Below are positions 15,455 to 23,906 of a DNA stretch of 32,000 nt, piece by piece. How positions within the stretch are numbered: the first letter of the stretch is position 1; the number at the start of each line of letters is the position of its first letter. Location: NCBI GenBank assembly GCA_026625185.1, contig CP113000.1, forward strand, positions 1,275,622-1,307,621, given 5' to 3'. This DNA is from Thermodesulfobacteriota bacterium (GTDB lineage: Bacteria; Desulfobacterota; WTBG01; JAGOGO01). Position numbers and translations under genes: made by a program. Under the pieces are notes generated by a model. That model made no database searches and had not been told where the DNA came from. It saw nothing but the letters and a program-made list of their open reading frames with translations.

Positions 15455-18400
15455 GTGGAAAATGTAATAATGCTCAAAGAAAATATTCAAGAACTTGGTA
15501 AAACTCTTGGAGCCAATAGTGTTGGCGATGTCATGATTATAGGTGGAGGGATCAGCGGTATTCAAGCGTCTCTTGATCTTGCCAATGCGGGTTTTAAGGT
15601 TTACCTGGTTGAGAAAGCGCCGTCCATTGGGGGCCATATGGCCCAGCTTGACAAGACCTTTCCAACCAATGACTGCTCAATGTGAATACTTGCACCCAAA
15701 CTGGTCGAGGTCGGCCGGCATCCCAATGTAGAAGTCCTCACCTATACTGAAGTTGAGAGTGTAGCAGGGGAAGTAGGAAACTTTAAGGTAACCCTGGTTA
15801 AAAAGCCCAGGTATATTCTAGAGGACAAATGCACGGGCTGTACTACCTGTGTAGAGTACTGCCCGGTCAAATACCCTGATCAATATAATCAGGAAATATC
15901 GAAGAATAAGGCAGTCCATGTATATTTCGCTCAGGCGATTCCACTTATCACTTATATAGATGAAAGCTGTCTTTATCTTAAAGAGGGCAAATGTCGTATT
16001 TGCGAAGCAGTATGTAAGAATAAGGCGATAGATTTCAATCAAACGCCGGAAAAGGAAGAAGTAAGTGTAGGGGCGATCATTCTGGCTCCCGGCCTTGAGC
16101 CGTTTGATCCTAAGGTAAGGGAGGAATATCGGTACGGAGAGTTTCAGAACGTGGTAACCAGTATGGACTATGAGCGACTGTTATGCTCCACCGGACCATA
16201 CCAAGGTGAGATACTCCGTGCTTCCGACCTGAAGCATCCCCATAAAATAGCTTGGATTCAATGCGTCGGTTCCAGACAGGTTATCGAGGGCGGTAACAGC
16301 TATTGTTCAGCCGTATGCTGCACGTATACCCAGAAACAGGCGATTTTGACAAAGGATCATGATGCCGGGGCAGAGTGTGTAATATTTCATAATGATATTC
16401 GTTCCTATGGGAAGGATTTTGAGCGATTCTACGAAAGGACCGAGAAACTTCCCGGGGTTCGATTTATCAGGAGCTACACATCAATTGTTAAGGAGAACCC
16501 GGAAACCAAGAATGTCACCATACGGTATTCTACACCCGATGATGGAGTAAAAGAGGAAGAATTCGATATGGTGGTACTGTCCGTCGGATTGAATCCTCCT
16601 GCGGATGTATTGGACCTGGCAAAAAAATTCGGCATTAAACTAAATCCTCACGATTTTTGCAACCTCAATCCTGTCAATCCTATGGAGACCAACAGGCCTG
16701 GGATCTTTGTAAGCGGAGGTTTCCAGGGACCTATAGATATTCCCGAGTCGGTTTTCAGCGCCAGCGGGGCCAGCTCCCAAATTGGTGAGCTTCTTGACTA
16801 CCGGCGAGGAATTCTTTCCAAAGAAAGGATCTATCCGCCGGAAAGGGATGTCTCCAAAGAGGATCCAAGGATAGGGGTCTTTGTGTGTCATTGTGGGGCT
16901 AATATCGGAAGGATAGTCAATGTTCCTGAAACAGTTGAATATTGCAAATCCTTACCCAATGTTGTCTACGCCCAGGAGCAGCTGTTTTCCTGCGCTACTA
17001 ATTCCGCCAAAGAAATAACGGACATGATCAAAGAAAAAGGGCTCAATCGAGTGATTGTCGCCGCCTGCTCGCCCAGGACCCTTGAGCCGCTATTCCGGGA
17101 TACTGTTCGGGAGGCAGGAATCAATCAATACTACTTTGAAATGGCAAACATTAGGGAGCATAACTCCTGGGTCCACTCGAAAGAAAAGGAAGAAGCCTCC
17201 GAAAAGGCACATGATATAATCCGGATGTCGGTAGCGCGAGCCTGCCATTTGGAGCCATTACAGGAATTTGATCTACCGGTCAACAAGGCGGCGTTAGTGG
17301 TTGGAGGAGGGATAGCCGGCATGACTAGTGCTCTCTCCATAGCCAACCAGGGGCATGAGGTTCACCTGCTGGAAAAGGATACAGAGCTTGGGGGAATAGC
17401 ACGGAGAATTCATGATACGCTGGAAGGACTGGATGTTCAGGCGTATTTGCGCGATCTGATAAGAAAGGTATATCAACACCCTTTAATACATGTATATCAT
17501 GATACCACCATCACCGGGGCGACAGGTTATGTGGGAAATTTCGTAACCAAGGTGAAGTCTGACAGAGGAGTCACAGAGATAAAACATGGCGCATCCGTCA
17601 TCGCAATAGGGGTTGATGTATATAAACCTGCCGAATACCTTTATGGAGAAGACGACCGGGTCTTGACCCATCTCGAGTTGGAGGAACAGATCACCAAAGG
17701 AAACGAAAAGGTGATTAACGCAGAAAGTCTCGTGATGATACAATGCGTGGGCTGCAGAAATGAGGAGAGAAATTATTGCAGCAGGCTGTGCTGCAGCGAG
17801 TCGGTCAAAAACGCTTTGAAACTGAAAAAAATAAACCCCAAAATGAATATTTACATCCTCTTTCGGGATATAAGAACATATGGATTCAAAGAGGATTATT
17901 ACCGGGAAGCTGCGGATAAAGATGTAAAGTTCATTCGCTATGAACCGGAAGATCCACCGGAGGTGAAAGCTGTTAAAGATGGCGGTAAGAGCATTCTAAA
18001 GGTTTCCTTGCCGGATTATATTTTAGGGCAGAAGCTTGAAATAGATGCGGATATCATTTCCCTGGCCGCCGCTGTTGTTCCTTCTTCAGCCACCAAGGAG
18101 GTCGCCGGATTATTCAAGGTGACTTTGAGCCCGGATGGCTTCTTCAAAGAAGCCCATGTTAAATTAAGACCGGTTGAGTTTGCTACCGACGGCGTTTACC
18201 TTTGTGGATTGGCCCACTATCCTAAGTTTATGCAGGAAACGATTAACCAGGCTTATGGAGCTGCTGGCCGGGCCTTAACGCTTTTGTCACACGATATCGT
18301 CATCGCCTCCGGCTCGGTTTGCGGGGTGGATGAGAATAGGTGTGTTTCATGCGGGGCATGTATCACCGTTTGCACCTATGGCGCCATAGAGTTTTATGAT

Positions 18401-18583
18401 ACCCCCCAGGGCAGAAAGGCCAGGGTTAACCCGGTTCTCTGCAAAGGAGATGGTCTTTGTAACACGGTGTGTCCGACAGCGGCTATTTCACTAAAGCACT
18501 TTACCGATGAAGAGATCTTGAGCCAAATTGATGCGGCGGTTCCGGAGGAAGAGATCATACAAAAAATTGAGGCTGCCGCCTGA
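15455..18583 (+). CDS. bamE: BamE, HdrA-like flavo-iron-sulfur selenoprotein; in-frame TGA 15683-15685 read as selenocysteine
   Basis: The start GTG 15455 is preceded by AAGGTGA-N6. The frame is open from 15455 to 18583 apart from one TGA. I translated 15686-16150 by hand and found no stop ([23 protein letters not shown]...[12 protein letters not shown]...[15 protein letters not shown]...[12 protein letters not shown]). The track ORFs 15455-15685 and 16151-18583 are in the same frame. The TGA lies in [14 protein letters not shown], a position I recall as Cys or Sec in HdrA. There are two FAD GxGxxG modules ([17 protein letters not shown] and [17 protein letters not shown]). The product is 1042 aa. 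Confidence 0.85.
15701..15718 (+). other. Candidate bacterial SECIS hairpin for the bamE UGA
   Basis: The hairpin begins 15 nt after the UGA. It reads CUGGUC-GAGGUC-GGCCGG, a 6-bp stem with two G.U pairs. The apical loop contains GGUC, the loop sequence I recall from the E. coli fdhF SECIS. Confidence 0.45.
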
Positions 18584-18653
18584 TGCCGATGGTGAAGGAT
18601 GTATAGAATTTTATGAATAAAGCCGGGATTACTAACTAAGGAGGTAAGAAAGA

Positions 18654-19421
18654 ATGATTTCAGGACTCAAATTTAAGCCAAGATTAATAGGTTTCGTATG
18701 CCACTGGTGAGCATACGGGGCTGCTGACCTGGCTGGAGTTTCCAGACTGCAATATACCACTGAAATGAGGCTTATTCGCGTCATGTGCACCGGCAGAGTC
18801 GACTTGGAACATGTACTCCGGGCTTTCTCGAAGGGAGTGGATGGGGTATTTATTGGCGCCTGCCATCTAAATGAATGTAACTATATTACTCATGGCAACT
18901 ACCATGCATTAACCATGGTGAATATATGTAAAAAAATAATGGAAAACATTGGCCTGAATCCTGAAAGATTAAGGATCCGATTCATGTCCGGCGCTGAAGC
19001 AAGCCTTTTTGTAGAATCTGTTAATGAGTTTGTCAAGACGGTGAAGGAAATAGGCCCCCTTGGCAAAGTCGAAGGAATAAACAAGAATGCATTAAAGGCC
19101 AAGCTTGAGGCCGTGACACAGCTAGTCCCCTACATCAGGTTGGTGGAAAGGGAGAGGCTGCGATTACCTTTTAAATCGGAAGAAGAATATAATAATTTTT
19201 TCACCAGTGACGAATTCAACAAGTTATTTAATGAGTTAATTGTAGAAAAATTGGCAATAAGCCAAATAACCTCACTCTTGCGGGAAAGACCCCTTTCGGC
19301 TGGTAAAATCTCTGAATATTTAGGCCTAGCCCCGTCTGAGGTTTCAAGATACATGAATACTTCATCAAGGCAGGGATTAGTCAGGTATGATGAAGGCCGC
19401 AATTGCTTCGCTCTTGCCTAA
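18654..19421 (+). CDS. bamF: BamF, MvhD-like [2Fe-2S] selenoprotein with C-terminal winged-helix-like extension; TGA 18708-18710 read as selenocysteine
   Basis: The start ATG 18654 has a strong SD (AAGGAGG at 18638-18644). It is in frame with the track ORF that starts at 18765. The N-terminus reads MISGLKFKPRLIGFVCHW-U-AYGAADLAGVSRLQYTTEMRLIRVMCTGRVD. This aligns with the MvhD motif FCCNWCSYAGADLAG, with Sec at the last Cys. The product is 255 aa. Confidence 0.82.
18728..18745 (+). other. Candidate bacterial SECIS hairpin for the bamF UGA
   Basis: The hairpin lies 18-35 nt after the UGA. One fold is CUGGA-GUU-UCCAG (18733-18745). An alternative fold pairs CUGG (18729-18732) with CCAG (18742-18745) and leaves a 9-nt loop containing GG and GU. 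Confidence 0.4.
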
Positions 19422-19451
19422 CCCCGATACACGGGATAAATACGTTAACGA

Positions 19452-19486
19452 AATTATTTTCTGCCGGAAAAACGCAGAAAATAATT
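19452..19486 (+). other. Perfect 13-bp inverted repeat between bamF and bamG (RNA hairpin or palindromic protein-binding site)
   Basis: AATTATTTTCTGC (19452-19464), loop CGGAAAAAC, then GCAGAAAATAATT (19474-19486). No T-run follows, so it is not a classic terminator. Confidence 0.6.
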
Positions 19487-19528
19487 CCTGACATACTAAG
19501 GTGAAAGAGGCAGATTAGGAAAGCGACT

Positions 19529-19981
19529 ATGAATAAAGGTAGAGTCGATCAAATTATAGAAAAGCATCATGGCGAAGCCAGTTCGCTCATTCAAGTACTA
19601 CTGGAGATTCAGAGTGAGCATCATTGGCTTCCCAAGGAAGCATTAGATAGGATCAGCGAAAAATTACAAGTTCCTTTAACCAGGATACTTTATATAGCCA
19701 CCTTCTATAAAGCCTTTAGTTTAGTTCCTAAAGGACGTCATGAAGTTCACGTTTGTGTTGGTACTGCCTGTCATGTTCGCGGCGCGCCGCGTATCCTTGA
19801 CACGGTGCAAGACCTGACTGGAATTAAACCCGGCGAAACGGACGCAGATTTGAAGTTTAGCCTGGAGACTGTTAATTGCCTCGGCTGCTGTGCTTTAGGA
19901 CCGGTGTTGGAAGTCAATGGAAAGACTTACGGTAACATGGGGCCATCCAAGACCGCAGAGGTGTTAAAAAACTACGAATAA
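19529..19981 (+). CDS. bamG: BamG, NuoE/HoxE-like [2Fe-2S] subunit
   Basis: The 150-aa ORF has thioredoxin-like [2Fe-2S] motifs CVGTACHVRG and CLGCCALGP. Confidence 0.85.
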   Translation: MNKGRVDQIIEKHHGEASSLIQVLLEIQSEHHWLPKEALDRISEKLQVPLTRILYIATFYKAFSLVPKGRHEVHVCVGTACHVRGAPRILDTVQDLTGIKPGETDADLKFSLETVNCLGCCALGPVLEVNGKTYGNMGPSKTAEVLKNYE

Positions 19982-19990
19982 GGAAAAATT

Positions 19991-21919
19991 ATGTTAAGGA
20001 TAAACTCCCCTGAGGAGTTAGAAAAACTCAGACAAGAAATTTTATCCCGGAGTGACCCAAGCAAACCTTGCATTTCAATATGCGCTGGCGCCGGTTGTCT
20101 TGCTTCCGGTGCAGGTGAAGTTATAGCCGCCTTTAAAGCAGAGATTGAAAAGCAAGGCTTAACGACGGATGTGAATACCAAAGGAACCGGGTGCCCTGGA
20201 TTTTGTGAAAGAGGACCCGTTGTGATTATTTATCCTGAGGAGATATGTTATCTCCGGGTAAAGCCTGATGACGTTCCCGAGATTATCTCACAGACTATAA
20301 GGGAAAAAAGGGTTGTCGACCGTCTATTATATGTTGACCCAACCACCGGCGAAAAAGCAATTCATGAATCCGACATCCCCTTTTATAAGAATCAAAAACG
20401 AAATCTTATCAGCTATAATAGTAAGATTGATTCCAAGAGCATTGATGACTATTTGGCGATCGGTGGTTATTCCGCATTAGCTAAAGTCCTTTTCAAGATG
20501 ACCGCCGAGCAAGTATTGGAAGAAGTCAAAAAATCCAACCTGAGAGGAAGGGGGGGTGGCGGCTTTCCCGCAGGGAATAAGTGGGAGGGATCCCGCAATG
20601 CTCCTGAACCAATCAAATATGTGCTCGTCAATGCCGATGAGGGTGACCCTGGGGCATTTATGGATAGAGCTCTCCTTGAAGGAAACCCTCATTCAATCCT
20701 TGAGGGATTGACTATTGGAGCTTACGCTATCGGCTCCCACGAGGGTTATATTTACGTGAGGCAGGAATATCCCTTAGCGGTAGTAAATGTGAACATCGCC
20801 ATCAGGCAGGCCGAGGAATATGGTTTGCTTGGGAAGAACATACTCGGGTCTGGTTTTGATTTCACTGTTAAAGTTCACCAGGGAGCCGGCGCTTTTGTCT
20901 GTGGTGAATCAACGGCTTTGATGACGGCATTGGAAGGCAGGGCAGGAGAGCCCAGACCGAAGTATATCCGCTCCAACATCGTGGGCCTTTGGGGTCGGCC
21001 CACCGTTTTGAATAATGTTGAGACCTGGGCAAATGTGCCGCTTATCATCAATAAGGGCGCAGATTGGTTTACTCAATTTGGAACTGAAAAGAGCAAGGGC
21101 ACGAAGATCTTTTCCCTGGTTGGGAAGATAACCAATACCGGGCTTGTGGAAGTGCCCATGGGCATCACCCTGAGAGATATTATTTACAAGATAGGCGGTG
21201 GAATCCCAGGAGGCAAGAAGTTCAAAGCCGTGCAGACCGGGGGACCGTCCGGAGGATGTATCCCTGAGAAACTGTTAGATTTGGAAGTTGGTTTTGATGA
21301 ACTCACCAAGGCCGGTTCAATGATGGGTTCAGGTGGGATGATCGTAATGGATGAAGATACCTGTATGGTTGACGTCGCCAGGTACTTTCTTAACTTCCTC
21401 ATCGATGAATCGTGCGGCAAATGCACCCCATGCCGTGAAGGCATCAGGCAGATGCTTAAGATTCTCACTAATATCACTAAAGGAAAGGGAAAAGAGGGCG
21501 ACATCGAGCTTTTGGAGGAATTAGCCGAAGTAGCCATCGATGCCTCACTATGTGCTTTAGGGAAGAGTGCCCCTAACCCGCTTCTCAGCACGGTGCGATA
21601 CTTCAGAGATGAGTATGAGGCACACGTCAAGGAGAAAAGGTGCCCGGCTTTATCCTGCAAGGAGCTGATCGCGTACCATATTGACCCGAGTAAGTGCCAG
21701 GCATGTATGATTTGCCTTAAGAAGTGCCCTGCCGACGCTATTGAAGGCGGCAAGAACCGGATCCATGTAATTGACCAGGGAAAATGCACAAAGTGCGGAA
21801 CTTGCATTGAAGTTTGCCCCGCTCGCTTTGGTGCTGTAAATAAGATTTCAGGCCAGCCTGTTCCGGCTCCTATCCCTGAAGATGCAAGAACTTTAGTCAG
21901 AAAGAGTAAAGAACAATGA
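19991..21919 (+). CDS. bamH: BamH, NuoF/HoxF-like FMN- and NAD(P)H-binding iron-sulfur subunit
   Basis: The 642-aa ORF has an N-terminal thioredoxin-like [2Fe-2S] domain (CAGAGCLASG...CPGFCERGP). It also carries the FMN/NADH motifs GRGGGGFPAGNKW and ADEGDPGAF, the [4Fe-4S] motif ESCGKCTPCREG, and a C-terminal 2x[4Fe-4S] ferredoxin (CQACMICLKKCP and CTKCGTCIEVCP). Confidence 0.88.
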   Translation: MLRINSPEELEKLRQEILSRSDPSKPCISICAGAGCLASGAGEVIAAFKAEIEKQGLTTDVNTKGTGCPGFCERGPVVIIYPEEICYLRVKPDDVPEIISQTIREKRVVDRLLYVDPTTGEKAIHESDIPFYKNQKRNLISYNSKIDSKSIDDYLAIGGYSALAKVLFKMTAEQVLEEVKKSNLRGRGGGGFPAGNKWEGSRNAPEPIKYVLVNADEGDPGAFMDRALLEGNPHSILEGLTIGAYAIGSHEGYIYVRQEYPLAVVNVNIAIRQAEEYGLLGKNILGSGFDFTVKVHQGAGAFVCGESTALMTALEGRAGEPRPKYIRSNIVGLWGRPTVLNNVETWANVPLIINKGADWFTQFGTEKSKGTKIFSLVGKITNTGLVEVPMGITLRDIIYKIGGGIPGGKKFKAVQTGGPSGGCIPEKLLDLEVGFDELTKAGSMMGSGGMIVMDEDTCMVDVARYFLNFLIDESCGKCTPCREGIRQMLKILTNITKGKGKEGDIELLEELAEVAIDASLCALGKSAPNPLLSTVRYFRDEYEAHVKEKRCPALSCKELIAYHIDPSKCQACMICLKKCPADAIEGGKNRIHVIDQGKCTKCGTCIEVCPARFGAVNKISGQPVPAPIPEDARTLVRKSKEQ

Positions 21920-22542
21920 GTGAAATCATTTTACAGATAGATGGAAAAGAAGTCAAAGCAAAGGAAGGGATGACCGTTTTGGAGGCAGCCCAAAGCGCGG
22001 GGATATCCATACCCACACTCTGTCACCATGAAAAATTGGAACCCTATGGGGGTTGCCGACTTTGTATCGTAGAAGTAGAAGTTCGCGGCTGGACACAGCT
22101 CGTTGTTTCCTGTGTTTACCTGGCGGCAAAAAATTTGATTGTAAGAACTAGATCTGAGAAGGTAGATAGAATTCGCAAAATGATCTTAGAACTATTGCTG
22201 GCTCATGCCCCGGATGCTTTCGAATTGCAGGATTTGGCTAAAGAGTATGGAGCAGACAAAGACCGTTTTGAAAAAGAGTCCTCATTTTGCATTCATTGTG
22301 GTCTATGTGTAAGATATTGTGCTGAGGTCAAGAAGAAGAATGCGGTTGGATTTGTTGACAGAGGAACAAGGAAAGAGATCAGTTTCATTCCAGGGATAGC
22401 ATCTAAGGAATGCTGGAACTGCAAGGAATGTTTTCCGCTTTGCCCTACAGAGGCCTTACAAGCAGCTTTCGTTTTAACCAAAGCGCTCATTTCCTCCCCA
22501 CCCTCCTCCGAACTTGTGTCAGTGGGAATAGGCAAAGATTAA
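21916..22542 (+). CDS. bamI: BamI, NuoG N-terminal-like [2Fe-2S]/[4Fe-4S] subunit
   Basis: The 208-aa ORF has a start that overlaps the bamH stop (ATGA). It begins with a plant-type [2Fe-2S] region (IPTLCHHEKLEPYGGCRLCIVEV), followed by CIHCGLCVRYC and CWNCKECFPLCP. Confidence 0.8.
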   Translation: MSEIILQIDGKEVKAKEGMTVLEAAQSAGISIPTLCHHEKLEPYGGCRLCIVEVEVRGWTQLVVSCVYLAAKNLIVRTRSEKVDRIRKMILELLLAHAPDAFELQDLAKEYGADKDRFEKESSFCIHCGLCVRYCAEVKKKNAVGFVDRGTRKEISFIPGIASKECWNCKECFPLCPTEALQAAFVLTKALISSPPSSELVSVGIGKD

Positions 22543-22733
22543 TATACTTTTTCATGGGTGGGAACAATGCTTATTGCAGTAATCGGTCATTCCAGTGAAA
22601 ATGAAACTTCATACTATCGCTGCGAAATTTTCAATACAAAGTGATCATTTTATGGTGATCAAGGATTAGTACTGGATTCCTGGTCCCTAATGGAATGATC
22701 CCAAAAGCTTTTTTTTAGATAGGAGGGAAAGTC

Positions 22734-23507
22734 ATGCAGAAGGTAACGTGTGAAAAAATGTTTGATAATCAGGTATGGAAGATTATTCTTAATGATCCCA
22801 AGGGGAATGTGGTTGATTCCATTATGTTAAAGGGATTTCAGGAGGTGCTTGATGAGGTTTCAAAAGAAAAGCATTGCAAATTAATTATTTTTCAGGGCGC
22901 CGGAAGTCATTTTTCCTTTGGAGTGAGTGTGGAGGAACATACCGAAAAACTGGCCGCAGGAATGCTGGCAAGCTTTCACGACTTATTTATTAGGTTAACT
23001 GATTTAGGGATACCGGTTTGCTCTCTGATCTCCGGACAGTGTCTTGGTGGGGGAGTAGAGATCGCCACTTTCGCTCATTTTGTTTTCGCTGATGAGACTG
23101 CCCGGATTGGTCAGTCAGAAGTCGCTCTTGCAGTTTTTGCTCCCCCGGCATCAGTGATATTGCCCCTTAAAGTCGGCCATATGCATGCAGAAGATATTCT
23201 CCTTACCGGTAGAAGCCTTACTGCACAGGAAGCCAAGCAAATGGGACTTTTAAACGAGGTTTATCCTGATAAGAGTACGATGGAACAAAAGGTGAACGAA
23301 TGGATTCAGCAGCAGATTCTTCCTAAGAGTGCTTTCGCCTTAAAGGTGGCCACAAAACAAGTCCGCAAACGCTTCAATGAACGATTAAAGGAAGATTTAC
23401 GGTTTTACGAATCAGTTTATATGAATGAGCTCATGAAGTCTCATGATGGTAAGGAAGGTTTGAACGCGTTTTTAGAGAAAAGGAAACCGGTTTGGACCGA
23501 TGATTAA
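22734..23507 (+). CDS. Crotonase-family enzyme, most likely cyclohexa-1,5-diene-1-carbonyl-CoA hydratase (Dch/BamR-like)
   Basis: The 257-aa ORF has a strong SD (AGGAGGG-N6-ATG). Its motifs GAGSHFSFGVSVEEH, GQCLGGGVEIA, LAVFAPPAS and MNELMKSHDGKEGLNAFLEKRKPVW match my recollection of Thauera Dch (GPHFSFGASVDEH, GQCLGGGLE, LGVFAPAAS, ...EGLKAFLEKR). It lies directly downstream of the bam genes. Confidence 0.65.
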   Translation: MQKVTCEKMFDNQVWKIILNDPKGNVVDSIMLKGFQEVLDEVSKEKHCKLIIFQGAGSHFSFGVSVEEHTEKLAAGMLASFHDLFIRLTDLGIPVCSLISGQCLGGGVEIATFAHFVFADETARIGQSEVALAVFAPPASVILPLKVGHMHAEDILLTGRSLTAQEAKQMGLLNEVYPDKSTMEQKVNEWIQQQILPKSAFALKVATKQVRKRFNERLKEDLRFYESVYMNELMKSHDGKEGLNAFLEKRKPVWTDD

Positions 23508-23540
23508 TTTTTTAAAACAACAGGCGCTGAAGTAATATGA

Positions 23541-23569
23541 GAAAGCCCATCCGGGCTTTCTTTTTATTT
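23541..23569 (+). terminator. Rho-independent terminator of the bam-dch transcription unit
   Basis: GAAAGCCC-ATCC-GGGCTTTC forms a perfect 8-bp stem with a 4-nt loop. TTTTTATTT follows immediately. Confidence 0.85.
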
Positions 23570-23906
23570 ATAATTTATTGGCTCACATAACTCCATATCT
23601 TCCCAGACAAAAATACCGATGCCAACCACCGGCGGTTTGTCTCCTGCAGGAGTCGGCATGCCTTTAGCATAATAGGTAGCAACGATTCCCGACAGCGTTT
23701 TCTTAGCCAAAGGCACAAGTTTTGTTACATAATATTCCTTATCAAATCTCTCTCCCGCCGGTGGTTGGTAGTAAATTGCCTTAGTTTAATCATTGATTGC
23801 TCCTTTACCAAAATTAGATGATTTCCTCTGTCAGCCAGATTTTGCCAGCAATCATCCTCCACCGATCTACCCAAATGAGATTGCCAATAACTACATCCAA
23901 TTGAAA

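Noticed and set aside
15455-15685. The track presents a 76-aa ORF here and a separate 810-aa ORF at 16151-18583 as independent genes.
   Set aside because: They share one frame, the intervening 465 nt are open and encode HdrA-like sequence, and the only break is a TGA at a conserved Cys/Sec position. I merged them into one selenoprotein gene.
18765-19421. Met at 18765 as the start of the MvhD-like protein.
   Set aside because: This start would delete the conserved N-terminal Cys motif. ATG 18654 has a much better SD, and the in-frame TGA aligns with a conserved Cys.
21184-21807. 207-aa minus-strand ORF.
   Set aside because: It is antisense to bamH, whose NuoF motifs are unambiguous. It is a typical shadow ORF.
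22567-22644. 25-aa ORF MLIAVIGHSSENETSYYRCEIFNTK in the bamI-hydratase spacer.
   Set aside because: It is too short, has no convincing SD, and offers nothing to distinguish it from chance. It could be the remnant of a Rossmann-type N-terminus, but that cannot be supported.
23780-23793. Programmed -1 ribosomal frameshift joining the SD-ATG frame to the 73-codon frame.
   Set aside because: There is no X-XXY-YYZ slippery heptamer (the sequence is AUG AUU AAA CUA AGG) and no downstream structure. An indel or pseudogene is the simpler explanation.
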